Both the position numbers and the translations under genes were made by a program. DNA of 52,583 nucleotides. It comes from Jimgerdemannia flammicorona. Lineage: Eukaryota. Positions 10,600 to 24,228 of the stretch are shown one piece after another (the stretch's first letter is position 1; every line of letters begins with the position of its first letter). The stretch covers positions 1 to 52,583 of the forward strand of contig RBNJ01000020.1 of assembly GCA_003990765.1 (NCBI GenBank), in the 5' to 3' direction. The notes beneath the pieces are model-generated. The model was not told the DNA's origin. It saw only the letters and a program-made list of their open reading frames with translations, and searched no databases.

Positions 10600-13500
10600 G
10601 AATCTGTTCTTATATACTATAGTAGGCAGTATGGTCCTTGAGAGTTTTCTAAGCCAGAAGGTAGTTTCTTTGATATCTTACACATAGAAGAGTCCTTCTC
10701 ATTTAGGCTCCAGTTTTTATGATCATGAGGTCTCTATCATATTTTGATACAGTATCAATTTGAATGAGTTCTAAGGTCTTGTAATTCTTTTCTATATTCT
10801 TCCTCATCAGTACTTGTAACTTGATGATGTAATATTTAGCCTTCTTTCTGATTTAGTGTAGTCTCTAGATTTCTGAGTTAATCTATCTCTAAGTTAGGTC
10901 TAGGTTTGTAGCTGAGATTCTATTAGAATCTTCTTCTCCAAAGAGCAGTTCTCTTGGGGTAAAGTATGTACTCTGTGACTATATATCTCATAAGACAGAG
11001 AGGGTAATTAGGAGATAGTTATCTCAATTCTCATATGTGTCTGAGATCTTTGCCAGAATATTCTTGAGGGTCTTGTTGGTTCTCTCTATCTGTCCATTTT
11101 CTTGAGGGTAATATGTATGCAGTAGTCTTGATGTGCTGAATCTTGTATTTTTGATATATTATTTCATAGAATCTATTGACAAATTCTGTACCACAGTCTG
11201 TGGTGATTTGCTTTGGTGTCTTATAGCAGCAGATGATTTCTCAGTATAGGAAGTTAGCTATAGAGAGGGCATTGGCTTCTTGTAATACTCCTGCTTCTAT
11301 CTATTTGGTAAAGAGGTCTACAATAACTATAATCTAGTAGTTTCCTGATAGTGTTACTGGTAGTGGCCTAATGATATCCATTGCAATGTAGTGAAAGGGG
11401 AGAGACTCAATTCTTGATGACCCAGGTACCTGGTCTTACTGATCTTGTTTCTGTTTTTAGCACTTATTATACTCTTTGATAAATTGGTACAGGTCTTCTT
11501 CTATCTTAGACCACTACATAGTTCTTCTTGCCTTGTTATATGTGTTGGTTCCTTCTAGGTATCCTTGTTCATGTACTTTCTTCATTACTTGATACTTCTT
11601 ATATTTGAGTATTATATTTCTCCTTTTCTAAGTATAGTATTGTCTAGTTCAAACTGTTTCCAAGTCCAGTTGATGATAGTGATTATCCAGGGTTTAAAAT
11701 AGTTGAGCATCTTCCACTGCCTAAGGTAGCTGATTAATCTATAGTATAGCTTCTTATTTATGTTAAATAGTCTTGATGGGGGTGTTTCAGAGTATCCTTG
11801 AGAGTGTATCAGCATTGATATTAATTCTTTCTGAGTGGTACTTGACAGTACAGTTATATTCTTGCAGTCTATAAATCTATCTAGTATATATTTCTTTGGA
11901 GTTCAGAGTGTGAAATAGTCAGACAAGAGTGGAATGGTCTGTTTGAATAGTGAAGTATTTCCCAGCTAGGTAGTAGTGGAACTTGTCTACTGCCCAAACT
12001 ACTACTAAGATGACTCATAGTTCTGTTCTGCTCTATGGGTACCTCAGCTTGTATAGGAGATGACATATTCATGTCCATCTTTCTTCTGAGCTAGAACTGC
12101 TCTAAGTCCTATAGTACTTGTATCTGTCTGCAGGATGAACTCTAGGTTCTAATCTGGTCTTCTAAGGAAGGGTGCTTGGGTCAATCTGGTCTTGAGTTCA
12201 TTGAAGATTTCTTGGCATTTATTGGTCCATTTGAATTTGGTCTCCTTCTTCAGTAGCTTGTAGATAGATATTGCAATATTGGAGTATCTTTTGATAAATC
12301 TTCTGTAGTAAGAGGCCAGTCTAAGGAAGGCATAGACTTCTGTAGTTGTTCTGGATCTTGGGTAGGCTGTAACAGCCTCAATCTTCATGGGGTCTGTATG
12401 GATTCCAGTCTGGTTGATGAGGTGTCCTAGGTTGGCAATTTCCTAAGCTGTAAACTTACACTTCTTGGGCTTGATGTAGAGGTCATGCTCCTTGAGCTTC
12501 TTGAGAACTAGCTATATATGGTTGATATATTCTCATGCAGTGTTGCTGAAGATGATCATATCATCAATATAGACAAAGAGCCATTTTCCAATCTCATTAC
12601 TGAAGACTCTATTTATTATTCACTAAAAACTTGCTAGAGTATTACATATTCCAAATGGCATTTGCAGGTAGACATAGGTGGCATTAAGTGTGATGAAGGC
12701 TGATTTCTCACTGTTATCTTGAGTGAGACCAATCTGATGAAAGCCTGAGAACAGATCCAAGATGGTGTAGTATTTGGCTTCACTTCTAAGGGTAGTAAGG
12801 ATTTCTTAAATATTTGGCAAGAGCTGCCTATCCTTTTTAGTAATTGCATTGAGCTTTCTATAGTCAATATAGAGTCTTGAGACAAACTCTCCAGGCTTGC
12901 TTCCTTTCTTTAGGGTAAGGACAATGGGTGAAGCCCAGAGATTGATAGCTTGCTTGATAATTTCAACTTCTTCCATTTTCTTGAGTTCTGCTTGCAGCCA
13001 TTCTCTATAGGCAGGTGGTATAGGTCTGACTTTCTGGTAGATAGGCTTGGTATCACTGGTATCAACTTCATAGTAGTACTTGATTTCTTAATTGTAGATA
13101 TCCCTAAAGTCTGTAGCAAGTACTCTTTCATTCTAGTACAGGATCTTGAGATGTTGTTCTTCTAGAGGAAAGTTCTCTCCAATGGTATATGTGTACTTGT
13201 TCTGGTCCTTGTCTTTCTTGTGCTCAAGTTTGGTAATCTTGGTGGCAGTATAGGCTCCTCTTCCAGTAGATCCAAAGCCTTATTCTCCTCTCTTGGTCTT
13301 GATAAGTTCAATGGTTTCAGTGATCTTGAGCTTCTTGATTTTGTGGATCAGCATCTGGCCAATTCTATCATACTTCTTAACTTCAAATGGAGTAGTGGGG
13401 TTGTAATTCCTGACTATAAGGAAGATCTTACCAGTGTAATCAGGGTCAATTACTCTTCCTTTAACTGAGATTTTGCTTTTGGCCAGACTGCTCCTAGTCT

Positions 13501-15833
13501 TGATAATTCTAGTATAGTTCTCTAGTAACTTGATTCCAATTCTGGTACCAAGTAGAGTGGTGGTCTGTAGTTCAAGGGTAGTATCTTGAATGCTGGTAAG
13601 GTCCATTTCTATGGCTCCTTCAGTCTTGTATTCTGGGATCTTAGCTTTGGGGTAAAACTTCTTAACCTTGAGAGTGATGTCTGGTTCTTATTCCTCCTCA
13701 TCATCACTGTCAGCTTGAAGCTCTGGGGGCTGGTCATCTTCTTCAGCTTTCTTTTTTGCTTCAGCAGCTTCTTGCTTATACTTCTATTGGTAGATTTTCC
13801 TGACTTCACTAATATAGAACCAGCAGTTATTTAGGTATTCAGAGCAGTATATCTTAGTATCATAGAGGCATCTTTCTTGAGGGATATAGCCATTAATGAT
13901 CTTGTTGTACCATTGCTCATCTGTGAGCTTGGGTATCTTATTCTTATTCTTGTTCATTGAGTACATGAAGATTTCTGTGTCCTCTTCATCTCCTTCCTCT
14001 ATGTCTGATAGAACTTCTTTATAGACATTGATAGAGACTCATATCTTTCTTCCTCTATAGTTGATCTGCATCTTCTGAGCATTAAGGTCAATGATGGCCT
14101 TGGTCTTATAAAGTCATTGGTTGCTAATAAGGATGTCATAGTTAGTGGCACTTATAACAATCACATCTACTAAGATGGTAGCTCCTCCTATCTTAATGGA
14201 GACTTCTCAGATTTTGCCAAGGAGGGTAGCTTATATACTATCTGCTATAACATAGACCATCTTGGTAGACTCTTCAATATTCCAGCCTAGGCAGTCAATT
14301 GTCTTCTTGCTCATGAGGTATTCTCCAGCACCAGTATTAATGATAGCATCAAAGATACAATCTTCAATCTGATATGGAGTATAGGCTGATATTTTATGCT
14401 GGTCTTCAGATTCTTTGCCCGAGTCTTCTTGATCATCTTCTTGTATATTGTGAGCTTCTACAATCTTGTACTCTTGATTCTTGGTAGTAGTTGCAAGTTC
14501 TACTCTCAACTGCTGTCTAAAGGCGGAGACTTTAGCTAGTTGTCCAAAATTAGCATTGACTTTCTGTTCCTTCAGATCCTTGTAGATATTATACTGGTGG
14601 ATCTTTGTCTTGCATAGCTTCTATTCCTTCTTGCTTTTGCTTTCTCTTGAGACTAGAGTAGTGCCTTCAATAATTTGGCAGACAGCTTTATCTAACTCCA
14701 TATCTTGATCAATCTCCTCAAATTGGGTCTTGCTTTGAATAGTGACAGCTGGAGTCTTCTTCAGTCTTCTAACTGGCTTACTGTTGCTCTTCTTGTCATA
14801 GAGCTTGGACTGAGTTCTGGTACCTTCAGTAGCAGGGTAGAATTCAAGCTCTTTGTAGTATTCTTCATCATCAGTGTCACCAATTTCCTTGATGACTACT
14901 ATATTGGTTTATTCTCTAGTTCTGATAGCATTACTTGATTGGGCTTTATGTCTTATTTCAGTTATGTAACTCTTTGCATAGTGGCCTTCTTCTCTATATC
15001 TGAAGTATATGATATTGCATTCTTCTGTAGCAGCTGCAAATCTCTGTGCTGATCTTCTGTTGGTACTTCAAACTTCTCTAATAATGTCATTAAGGTGTAC
15101 AGTTATCTCAGCAAACTGCTTGACAAGTTCCTCCACTGAGTCAGCTTTGACTGTCTTGGGGATAGGTGGAAATGGTTATCTGTTTATAACTGTGGTGGAT
15201 ATGATACTAGTTGGCTTTGATAACTCCATCTTGATGTTAGTTATTTTCTCTATTAAGTATTTGACAGGGTATCTGATAGTCTAATATCTCTATACAAAGA
15301 TCACTTTCTGATCAAGAGTCAGTATAGCTGAGATAGACTAGATTATTAGGGAAATTTCAGAGTAAACTCTTTTAAGAAAGATTGAATCTGTTATTTGTTC
15401 TTTGAGGTGGTCATCATAGCTAGTCAAGACAATCTGGTAGCAGATTCAGGTATAGAATGAGTTGGGATCTTTACTGAGTCTCTGGCAGATAGTATTGAGT
15501 TGATCCTTGAGAGCTTGCTTAATCTCTTCAGTATAGTATGTAGTTCTGAGAAAGGTCTTCATGTTGGCAAGTCTGACTGCACTAGCATCAGCAATAGTGG
15601 CTACATTGAACTTGTCTCTGGTAGGTTCTCTGAGGCTAACTGGTAGAAGAGCTAATTATGTATCCATGTTAAGGGCTCATATAGTAGTGAATTGTTCAAA
15701 GTTTTCAATGAAGATCAAAATTGACTCTTCAGTAGTATATCTATAGAATGTAGGGGGATGCATTTTCATCTTGTCTTAAATTCTTACAGGGGTGACTCTT
15801 GTAGTTAGGGTAGTTGTTGTAGTGGTTGTTCAT
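10600..15833 (-). pseudogene. Element A gag-pol: gag (degenerate CCHC) - PR - dUTPase - RT - RNase H - integrase (GPY/F motif, no chromodomain)
   Basis: PR-like DAIINTGA at ~14335, VYIDD at ~12561-12574, FLRLASYYRRFIK, RNase H LQTDTS, KLEPK(W)EGLF at ~10690-10715. Many stops. Confidence 0.88.
13255..13625 (-). pseudogene. dut: dUTPase domain of element A (between PR and RT)
   Basis: MDL...RSSLA...GRVIDPDYTGKI...DRIGQM...RGE(Q)GFGSTG, i.e. trimeric dUTPase motifs 1-5. Confidence 0.9.
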
Positions 15834-15889
15834 TTTTCAGCTTAAAGGTGAGAGATTTGTCTTAAATTACTAGCTAATAGACACCAAGT

Positions 15890-16016
15890 TGTCATGTAGT
15901 AGTCACTGAGTCCTTCAAATATATCAGATTCTCTTCAAGATATATCTCTTAGACTAACTATAAGTTTGTTATAAACAAGTTCTTATTGGAGTACCTTCTC
16001 AAGGTCTTATAGTTCT
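15890..16016 (-). repeat. Element A 5' LTR, U5-end part (continues at 22047-23470)
   Basis: Starts TGTCA beside the PBS; interrupted at the element B TSD. Confidence 0.75.
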
Positions 16017-19000
16017 TGTAATATTTTAGTATAGTTTATTTCTTTTCTCTATCTTTCTTGAATATTCTATAACCTTCCAGTACTTTCTACATACTTAGAA
16101 ATCCCTTTCTTGGTGCCAAGCATTAACTAGTACTTATTTAGCTAGTCATGGAATATCTTGAAAACTTATAGAACTTTATTTATCATTATTTGTCATCTTT
16201 GCTGAGAACTTTCCTCTTGACATTTTTCTTTGATTTCTCAGATCCTTCCAGATCCTTCTTTCAGATCTTGTATAAATATCCCCTTTGTTCTTATGAATAA
16301 AGTCTCAGAATATTTCTCTCAGAAATCCTTTGAGAACACTTGAATCCTTAGTATCTCTTTGAGCTACTTAGAATCACTAAAACTAGTCACTTCCTCATTT
16401 AGAAACTAGAACTGTTACACTTGGTAGTAGTGGTTAAGTTACACCTAGCAAGATCAAGACACCTCTCAAGATATCAGTCACAATACTATAGAGGATAATG
16501 GGTGAAACCCTTCATACAGTACCTATGGTCCAGGCAATACCTCATATAATCAGTAAGAAGAGAAACAGCAAAACCCTACTCAGTCAAATGGAGTCATTGA
16601 GAGTCTTTTGCAGACTGCATTAGCCCAGATTGCTCAACTTCAAGAACACATAGAAAGAAAGAAAAGCAAGGCCTCTGCTCATACCTCTGTACCTCCACTA
16701 ATATCAATACATCTGACAGCAGTCACTATTAAGCCTCAGAAGCCCAACACTTTTAATGGTCAAAGAGAAGGACTGTCTACTGATACCTGGCTTTTCCAAT
16801 TAGAGCAATACAGAGAACTGACCAATTTGGAAGAAGCAATACTAGTCCAATTCACCACCACACTCCTTTGAGAGAATGCTGCAATCTGGTGGTAAAATCA
16901 AATCCAGAATACCAGATTTTCTGGCCAAATTAAGACCTGGGGCAAATTCTCTGATGCTATTTAAGGCCAATTCAAACCAGTCAATAGCACCAAGGCCACA
17001 TGAGACCATCTGGCAAATGTCAAACAACTCAAATCTATGCAAGCATACAATGTACAATTCCTGTCAATCTTGCTAGAATTACCATATATCACTGAAGATG
17101 AGAAGGTTGACAAGTACATCTAAGGCCTGAAAGATCAAACCTGAGTTCATGTCAAACTAGAAGAACCCAAGGACCTAGATATAGCAATGAAAATTACTGA
17201 TAGGTTTGATGTCATCACCTATAGTCACCACTTTGAACAGAAGAGACTACCTTTCAACAATAATAACAATCACAAAAGGGAGGAACCCAAAGTCAGAACT
17301 GTTGGACCTACCCCCATAGACCTAGACATTATCAACAAGAGTAAGAAAGGTAAGCTTATACCTAAGGAAAAGGAGTGCCTCAAGAAGGCTGGAGTCTGCT
17401 TCTTTTGCCATCAGCCTGGTCACATTGCAACTAAATGTCCCAAGAAAACTGCCAAACCAAAGAGGATCCTGGTCCTATCCAAAGACACTCAAGGTCAATC
17501 AGTTGAACAAGAAGTCATACTCAATTTCATGTGAGTCAATCCCAAGGCCCAGATCCCTCAAGCACAGTCAGAAGGAGCCATTGGTTTGGATCTTTAAATA
17601 GTACAATAAGTCACTATTCCTGTACATAAAAGAAGGCTCATTCTAACTGGCCTTTCAGTCGAAATCCCCAAGAAACACTATATAAGAATTGCACCAAGAT
17701 CTGGCCTCAGTTTCAAGCACTCATTGAATGTTGGTACTGGAGTCATTGACTCTGACTTCCAAGGCAAAACACAAGTCCTGCTAGTCAACTACAAGAACCA
17801 AATATATACTGTCAATGAAGGTGACAGAATTGCACAGCTCATTCTGGAGTGAGTCACTCTATCAGTTGTCAAAGAAGTCACTAAGCTGTCTTCAACCAAG
17901 TGAGATCAGAAAGGCTTTGGTAGTACTGACAAAGTTGCAAGTATAGCCAAGAGCTGAGCCAATCCAATGCTCATTTTCAAAGATCTAGTCAAGGGACAAG
18001 AACTAGATGTTCTCATAGACAGTGGAGCTATTAGGAACTTCATCAACAAGAACTTCATTGACAAGCTCAAGATTCTTACCAAACTAGCTGGCAAGAATGG
18101 TAGAGTTATTACCACAGATAGCACCATCTTACCAATCAACTCAATTACTGCTAAACTTCCCCTCAAGATCCAGAAGTATTGAGAACATTTAGATTTCAAG
18201 GTAGCACTACTAAGAGACCATGATCTGATCCTAGGCAAACCCTGGCTTACATGACATAACCCTCAGATTGATTGGATCAAGAATGAAGTCACCTTAATCT
18301 AGGATGGAGCCAACATTACCATTAAGCCAGACAAGACTCAGATAAGAACCCCAATTGCTACCCTTTTGGCAATTCAGTTCAAGAAGGCCCTCAAGAAAGC
18401 TACCTGTGCCTTTGTGGTACTAATCTGACCAAAGAAAGAAGACAAGAAGCTATCTATTAGTAAAAGTATCAAATTACTGCTAAACAAGTACAAGGATGTC
18501 TTTCCGGACAAACTACCTGGTCTGCCACCTTCAAGAGACTATGACTATGAAATTAAGTTGGTACCTGATGTAGCTATACCTAAGAAGAAAATGTATCACA
18601 TGTCTCTACTTGAAATTGAAGCAGTTAAGAAGGAACTTAATGAACTCATTGAGCAAGGAGCCATTCAACTAAGCAAGTCACCCTTTGGCTCTCCAGTCTT
18701 ATTTGTCAAGAAAAAGGATGATACTCTGCAAATGTACATAGACTACTAAGTACTCAACAAGATCACAGTCAAGAGCCATTATCTGCTACTGCTCATAGAT
18801 CAAATCTTTGATGCTCTCAAGAATGCAAAGTACTTCACTAAGATTGATCTCACTTCTGGGTATCACCAAATTTGAGTCAAGCCAGAAGACATACCCAAGA
18901 CTGCCTTCATAATACCCTTTGGACTCTATGAATTTCTAGTCATGGCCTTTGGTCTCACCAATGTGCCAGCAATCTTTTAAGATCTCATGCAAACTGTCTT

Positions 19001-22000
19001 CAAGGATCAGTTCTATATCTTTGTACTTGTATATATGTATTAATGACATTCTGATCTTCAGTAGCACCAAAGAAGAATACCTCAAGCATATTGAACAAGT
19101 CCTCAAGATTCTCTGTGAGAACAAGCTCTATACAAAGCTTAAGAAATGTGAATTTTTCAAGAATCAAGTCGAATACCTTGGACACATTGTATCAGCCAAA
19201 GGAATTCAAGTAGACCTAAGGAAAATACAAGCCATTGAATAGTGGCCTATATCAGCAAATCTCACTGAACTTAGGTCCTTCCTTGGTCTGGCTGGATACT
19301 ACTGTCAATTTGTCAAGAACTTCTCTGGCATTACAGAATCTTTGACAAACCTCCTGTAAAAGGAACCCAACTCTGACCTCTATATTCCCTACATCTGGGA
19401 TGCTTTCTGTCAACAAGCTTTTCAAGAACTCAAGAACCACCTGACCCATATACCTGTCCTTAGAAATATGGACCCAAACTTGAAGTTTATGGTTACTACA
19501 GATACATCTAACTTTGCTATTGGTGCAGTTATTTCTCAAGATGATGGTCAAGGACATCGACCTATTGCCTTTGAGTCAAGAAAATTATCCCCAGCAGAAC
19601 AAAAGCTGGCTACTCATGAAAAGGAACTCCTGGCAATCATACATGCTCTCAAGACCTGATAACACTATCTAGAAGGAGTTGAATTTGATGTGATCACCAA
19701 TCCCAGGTCTCTTCAGTACATTAACACTCAACCAACTCTTTCTTGTCAACAAGCCAAGTAGAGTCAACTACTTCAGACCTTTACCCCAAACATCATCTAC
19801 AAGCCTGGCAAAACTCTAGTTATATCAGATATACTTTCAAGGAGACCTGACCTTGCCACAATTTTACAAGTTACCATGGCACCTGAATTCCTCAATCAGA
19901 TCAAGAAGACATATAAACAAGACTCTTTGGTTCTATAAAGGAATACCAAGAAATTCAAAGAAAAGTACACCATCAAGGACAACCTCATATACTATCAAGA
20001 CAAAGTATATATTCTAGCCAACCCTGAACTACAGTACAAGATTCTACATGAACATCATGATTTCCCACTAGCTAGTCATCTTGGAACTGAGAAGACCATC
20101 AAGAATATCCAATGAGACTACTACTGGCCAAATATGCTCAAGAAAATCAAGAAGTATGTCCAAAGCTGCGATCTTTGCCAAAGAAACAAGTCAAGCAACT
20201 AAGCACCTGCTGGTCTTCTACAACCCTTGCAAATTCCAACCAAGAAGTTCAAACAAGTCACAATAGACTTCATTGTGCAACTTCCATGAACCAAAACAGG
20301 CTATGATGCTATTGTTGTATTTGTGGACTGTCTCACTAAGATTACAATTACTGAGCCAACTACAACCAATGCCACTGTCCCAGAAATTGCAAGAATCTTC
20401 TTCAAGACTATCTTCTGCCATTATGGACTTTCCTGAGTAATTATCAGTGACCATGACCCTAAGTTCATAAGCCACTTCTGGCAAGTACTCTTTAAGATCC
20501 TTGGAACCCAAATTGCTATATCTACTGCCTTCCACTCTCAAACCAATGGACAGACTGAGCAAATGAACAGAACACTTGAACAAATGCTCAAAAACTATGT
20601 GTCTTATGAATAAGATTATTGAGATCACTATCTGACCTATGCCGAGTTCACCTACAATAATGCTACCCAATTTTCAACTGGCCTTTCCCCATTTCAGCTA
20701 CTTTATGGTCAAAACCCCGAGACCCCTACAAGCCTAGTCCCATTCCAGCAATCTAGTTACACACAAGTCCCTATAGCCCAGAATCTTATCGATAAAATGG
20801 ATTTCCTTCTTAAGATTGCCACTATGAATCTGTAAAAGGCTCAGCAACATCAAGCTAAGTATGCAGATAAGAAGTGATGAGATGTCATATACAATATTAG
20901 TAATATGGTTCTACTCAAAGCTGACAACATCAAGGCTCAATCTCAAGTCAACTGCCAGTCAGCCAAATTCCAGCCCAAGTACCTTGGACCCTTTGAGATT
21001 ACTGAGCAAGTCTCTACCTGGTCTTACTATCTCAACTTGCCAACAACCATGTATATATACCCAGTATTTCATATGTCACAACTTAAGGCCTGGAACTAGT
21101 TACCTCTATATTCTGGCCAAATTCTGACACCATCAGTACCAGTTATAGTTGAAGATCACATTGAGTATAAAGTTGAGAAAATCTTAAACAAGTGAGTCTG
21201 ATACTATCATACAGAATACCTAGTCAAGTGGATGAGTTACTCTGAATATGATGCCACCTGGGAACCTGCTGCCAATCTCAAGAACTCCCAAGACCTCATC
21301 CAAGAGTTTGAGCAAAAAAGAACTCATTGACTGCCTGTGAGATTCTCTCCTTGGATAGTAGACAACCTACTGTGCTGATCAGATACATTATGCATTGGGA
21401 CTCTCTAAGGGATATAGTATCAGAAATAAGAGATATAGGAAAATCCTATAAATCCTACAACCAATGAGGTTTGAATCAGTTCTCATCTGATCAAGATGAT
21501 ACTTTGGCTCTTGCCTTATACAAGGATGGCCAATCCTTGCCAATGAGTTGATACATTTAATTTGAAATTTCTTTTAGCCTTATTGTTTGTTATATATAAC
21601 TTTAAGAATTCAATGAGGACATTGATTCTTAAGAAGGAGGAGATGTAACATTTTAGTATAGTTTATTTCTTTTCTCTGTCTTTCTTGAATATTCTATAAC
21701 CTTCCAGCACTTTCTGCATACTTAAAAATCCCCTTCTTGGTGCCAAGCATTAACTAGTACTTATTTAGCTAGTTATGGAATATTCTGAAAACTTGTAGAA
21801 CTTTATTTGTCATTATTTGTCATCTTTGCTGAGAACTTTCCTCTTGGCATTTTCCTTTGATTTCTCAGATCTTTCTGGATCCTTCTTTCAGATCTTGTAT
21901 AAATATCTCCTTTGTTCTCATGAATAAAGTCTCAGAATATTTCTCTCAGAAACCCTTTGAGAATACTTGAATCCTTAGTATCTCTTCGAGCTACTTAGGA

Positions 22001-22046
22001 CTATCAGAACTAGTCACTTCCTCATTTAGAAACTAGAACTGTTACA
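16017..22046 (+). mobile_element. Ty3/Gypsy chromovirus B, structurally complete and degenerate
   Basis: 403-bp LTRs at 16017-16419 and 21644-22046 (TG...CA). TSD GTTCT/GTCCT. PBS TGGTAG(T/C)AGTGG at 16422. PPT AAGAAGGAGGAGA at 21631-21643. Confidence 0.95.
16500..21330 (+). pseudogene. Element B gag-pol: gag (CCHC) - dUTPase - PR - RT - RNase H - integrase - chromodomain
   Basis: CFFCHQPGHIATKC; RIAPRSGL...GVIDSDF...GDRIAQL...KGFGST (~17540-17930); LIDSGA; SPVLFVKKKD; TDTSNFAIGAV; KYLGPFEI; chromodomain YKVEKIL...EYLVKW...DATWEP (~21160-21310). Confidence 0.92.
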
Positions 22047-23470
22047 GTCCTCAAACTTCTTATCTTTAAACTGTCTTGTTATCTCTTAGATTGCTTACAA
22101 GGAATTGAGGATAAGTGAACTTAACTGACTTTATTTTGAAGGAAATAAGAGAGGTATTTATACAAAATATAATTCAATGGTTGCTAAGATATAAAGCTAA
22201 ATATAAATTCCAATAACCAAATAAAATACTGGAACACAGAAAACTGCTAAGCTCTAGTGTTGGTACAGATGGTTGCACAGGTTCAGGATACTGATATAAT
22301 TTCAGTGATATAGGAAAAGAGTACTGGAATAATTCTGAGTCACATAAGGTCAGAATGCCAGTGGAGAAATAGCTATTACACAGGAAAATAATATCAGCAT
22401 AATTCAGTATAACTAAGGGACTTAGAGCAGAATGTTCAGGATCATAGAGGCTTCATCTTCATCAGAGATCAGGATGTCTTCAAAGGAGATGAGATCAGTT
22501 TTGTCACATGTTTTGTATATATTGCATAGGATGACATTATTGCCAATAATGTCATCACATTTGGCAGTGGAGAAATCAGGGGCTCTCTAATCTATGAGGT
22601 TCTCTTCTACAAAATAGAGAACAAATGTGGGGTCTTGGAGAGGTCTGATCTGGATGCTGGGGCCTTAGAATGTAGAGATCAATCCTTGCAGAAATTGATC
22701 TGGGTTGTCCTAGAGGATGGGATACCAGAACTCTTCTATATCATCACTATTAAGAGTGATAGTGGACTGGGCTTCTGTTGTCACTCTGACTTCTAGTGCA
22801 TTAATACAGCAGGCTGACAGATCTCTGAAGTTTGTAACTCTAGTATACTCTAAGTTGGGGATCAACTATAGTGTATGCCTGAAGATCTGATGAATCTTCC
22901 TAGCTGTCCTTGTTTCACATATATCCATGAGAGTGGCATCTTATAACTCTTGAGAGCTGGTCTGTGGGAACTCCCAGCAGAGGAGGTTTTCTATTTCATA
23001 CTCTTGCCACATTTGGAGGCATTTGGTAGCAATAGTGATCCTTGTTTCCATTTTACAGCAGTAGAGGATAAAGTGATAAGGATCTCCAGTACCCAGGTTA
23101 AGACTAGGAGTCCTTCTTGTATGGGTCTTTATGGCTCTTTTGATATCTTAGAATATCCTTTCTTCAACTGAGGTACCTTGGTGGTTCCTTGACCTTGAGG
23201 TTTGGTGAGCAGTAGGTATTTCATTTATGGTAAGTCTTTGAGCTATTTTGAAATTGGTGGGTCTTGTTGAGTTGCTGCTATTATAGTTTCTTGATCCTTA
23301 TTTTATATTCCTCAAGATGCCTGTACTGTAGTCACAATGACTTACAGTTAGTCATTATTACTCATCTCATAGCCTGGGTGAGTTATGCCATATGATCTCC
23401 TTCTGATCTGGTGGCTTATAAGAAAGGCTGTCTTCTGTACTGATATCATCATTCTAAGGTCACTGTTATA
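22047..23470 (-). repeat. Element A 5' LTR, main part (whole LTR about 1.55 kb)
   Basis: Matches 9354-10211; TATAAATA on the minus strand at ~22155-22162. Confidence 0.88.
22422..23246 (-). pseudogene. Accessory ORF (~275 aa) in U3 of the element A LTR, function unknown
   Basis: Manual reconstruction from both LTR copies: MPTAHQTSRS...ETRTARKIHQIFRHT..IPNLKYTRVTDFRDLSACCINALE...acidic tail FEDILISDEDEA. TATA-like AATATAAAA upstream at ~23301-23309. Confidence 0.6.
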
Positions 23471-24228
23471 ATATCTAGAAATCTTTTCTTAGCACTAAGA
23501 TATTACTAAAATATTTTTATCTTTTCTTAATATTAAGTATTTTGTCTTAGCTTGTAAGAGGGTTGCTTTTTAGGATAACCGTTACGTAGTTCTAGAAAGG
23601 TTTTCTGGATATTCTGGATGTTCTGGAAGACCATTTTCTTATGGTCAAGATCAATTTTGTATGGAGTACATCCTCTACACTTATTGATTTCAAGATTGGG
23701 TTGACATCTCAACCAAAGTCTTTTTTTGGACTAGTTCTGGATATTCAGGATTCTCCATATTTCAGGAAGTTCAGGAAACTAAGACCAGCTTAGTTGAATT
23801 GGCGTATCGCTGCAGACAATACCCAATTAGGAAATTTCATGATGGGATTAGGAGTGGGACCTAACAGGGAGCAGATTTACTTAAGAGTGGTTTGTGGGTT
23901 ATGGAATAGGTTTATTTGCTATTCATGATATTGCTATACTAGGAGTATTTGTGTGAAGGGATATTGTGGAGAAGTATTCAGGAATGTTCTTGTGTGTTTG
24001 AGTCTGAGATTCTGAGGTCTGGGGGAGGGGATATTTATACTAGTGAGGGGCTATCTGGACTATGCTAGATATGGATGTAGTACTAAGTGCCTTGCTGAGT
24101 CGGAATGCAGTCATGTAGTATAAGTGTGATCTGATATGTCAAGAGATCGTCTGACTGCTGAGTCAGTTCACAGTCATGTCATACAATGCTAATTTAACTA
24201 TACTATGACTGCTAGACTATTTATGGGT

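Larger units (their letters stand above)
9354..23470 (-). mobile_element. Ty3/Gypsy element A (non-chromoviral, dUTPase-bearing); 3' LTR truncated, 5' LTR interrupted by element B
   Basis: 9354-10211 matches 22618-23470. PPT-like TCTTTCTCC at 10212. PBS (reverse TGGTGTCTATTAGC) next to the LTR end TGTCA at 15890. Confidence 0.9.
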
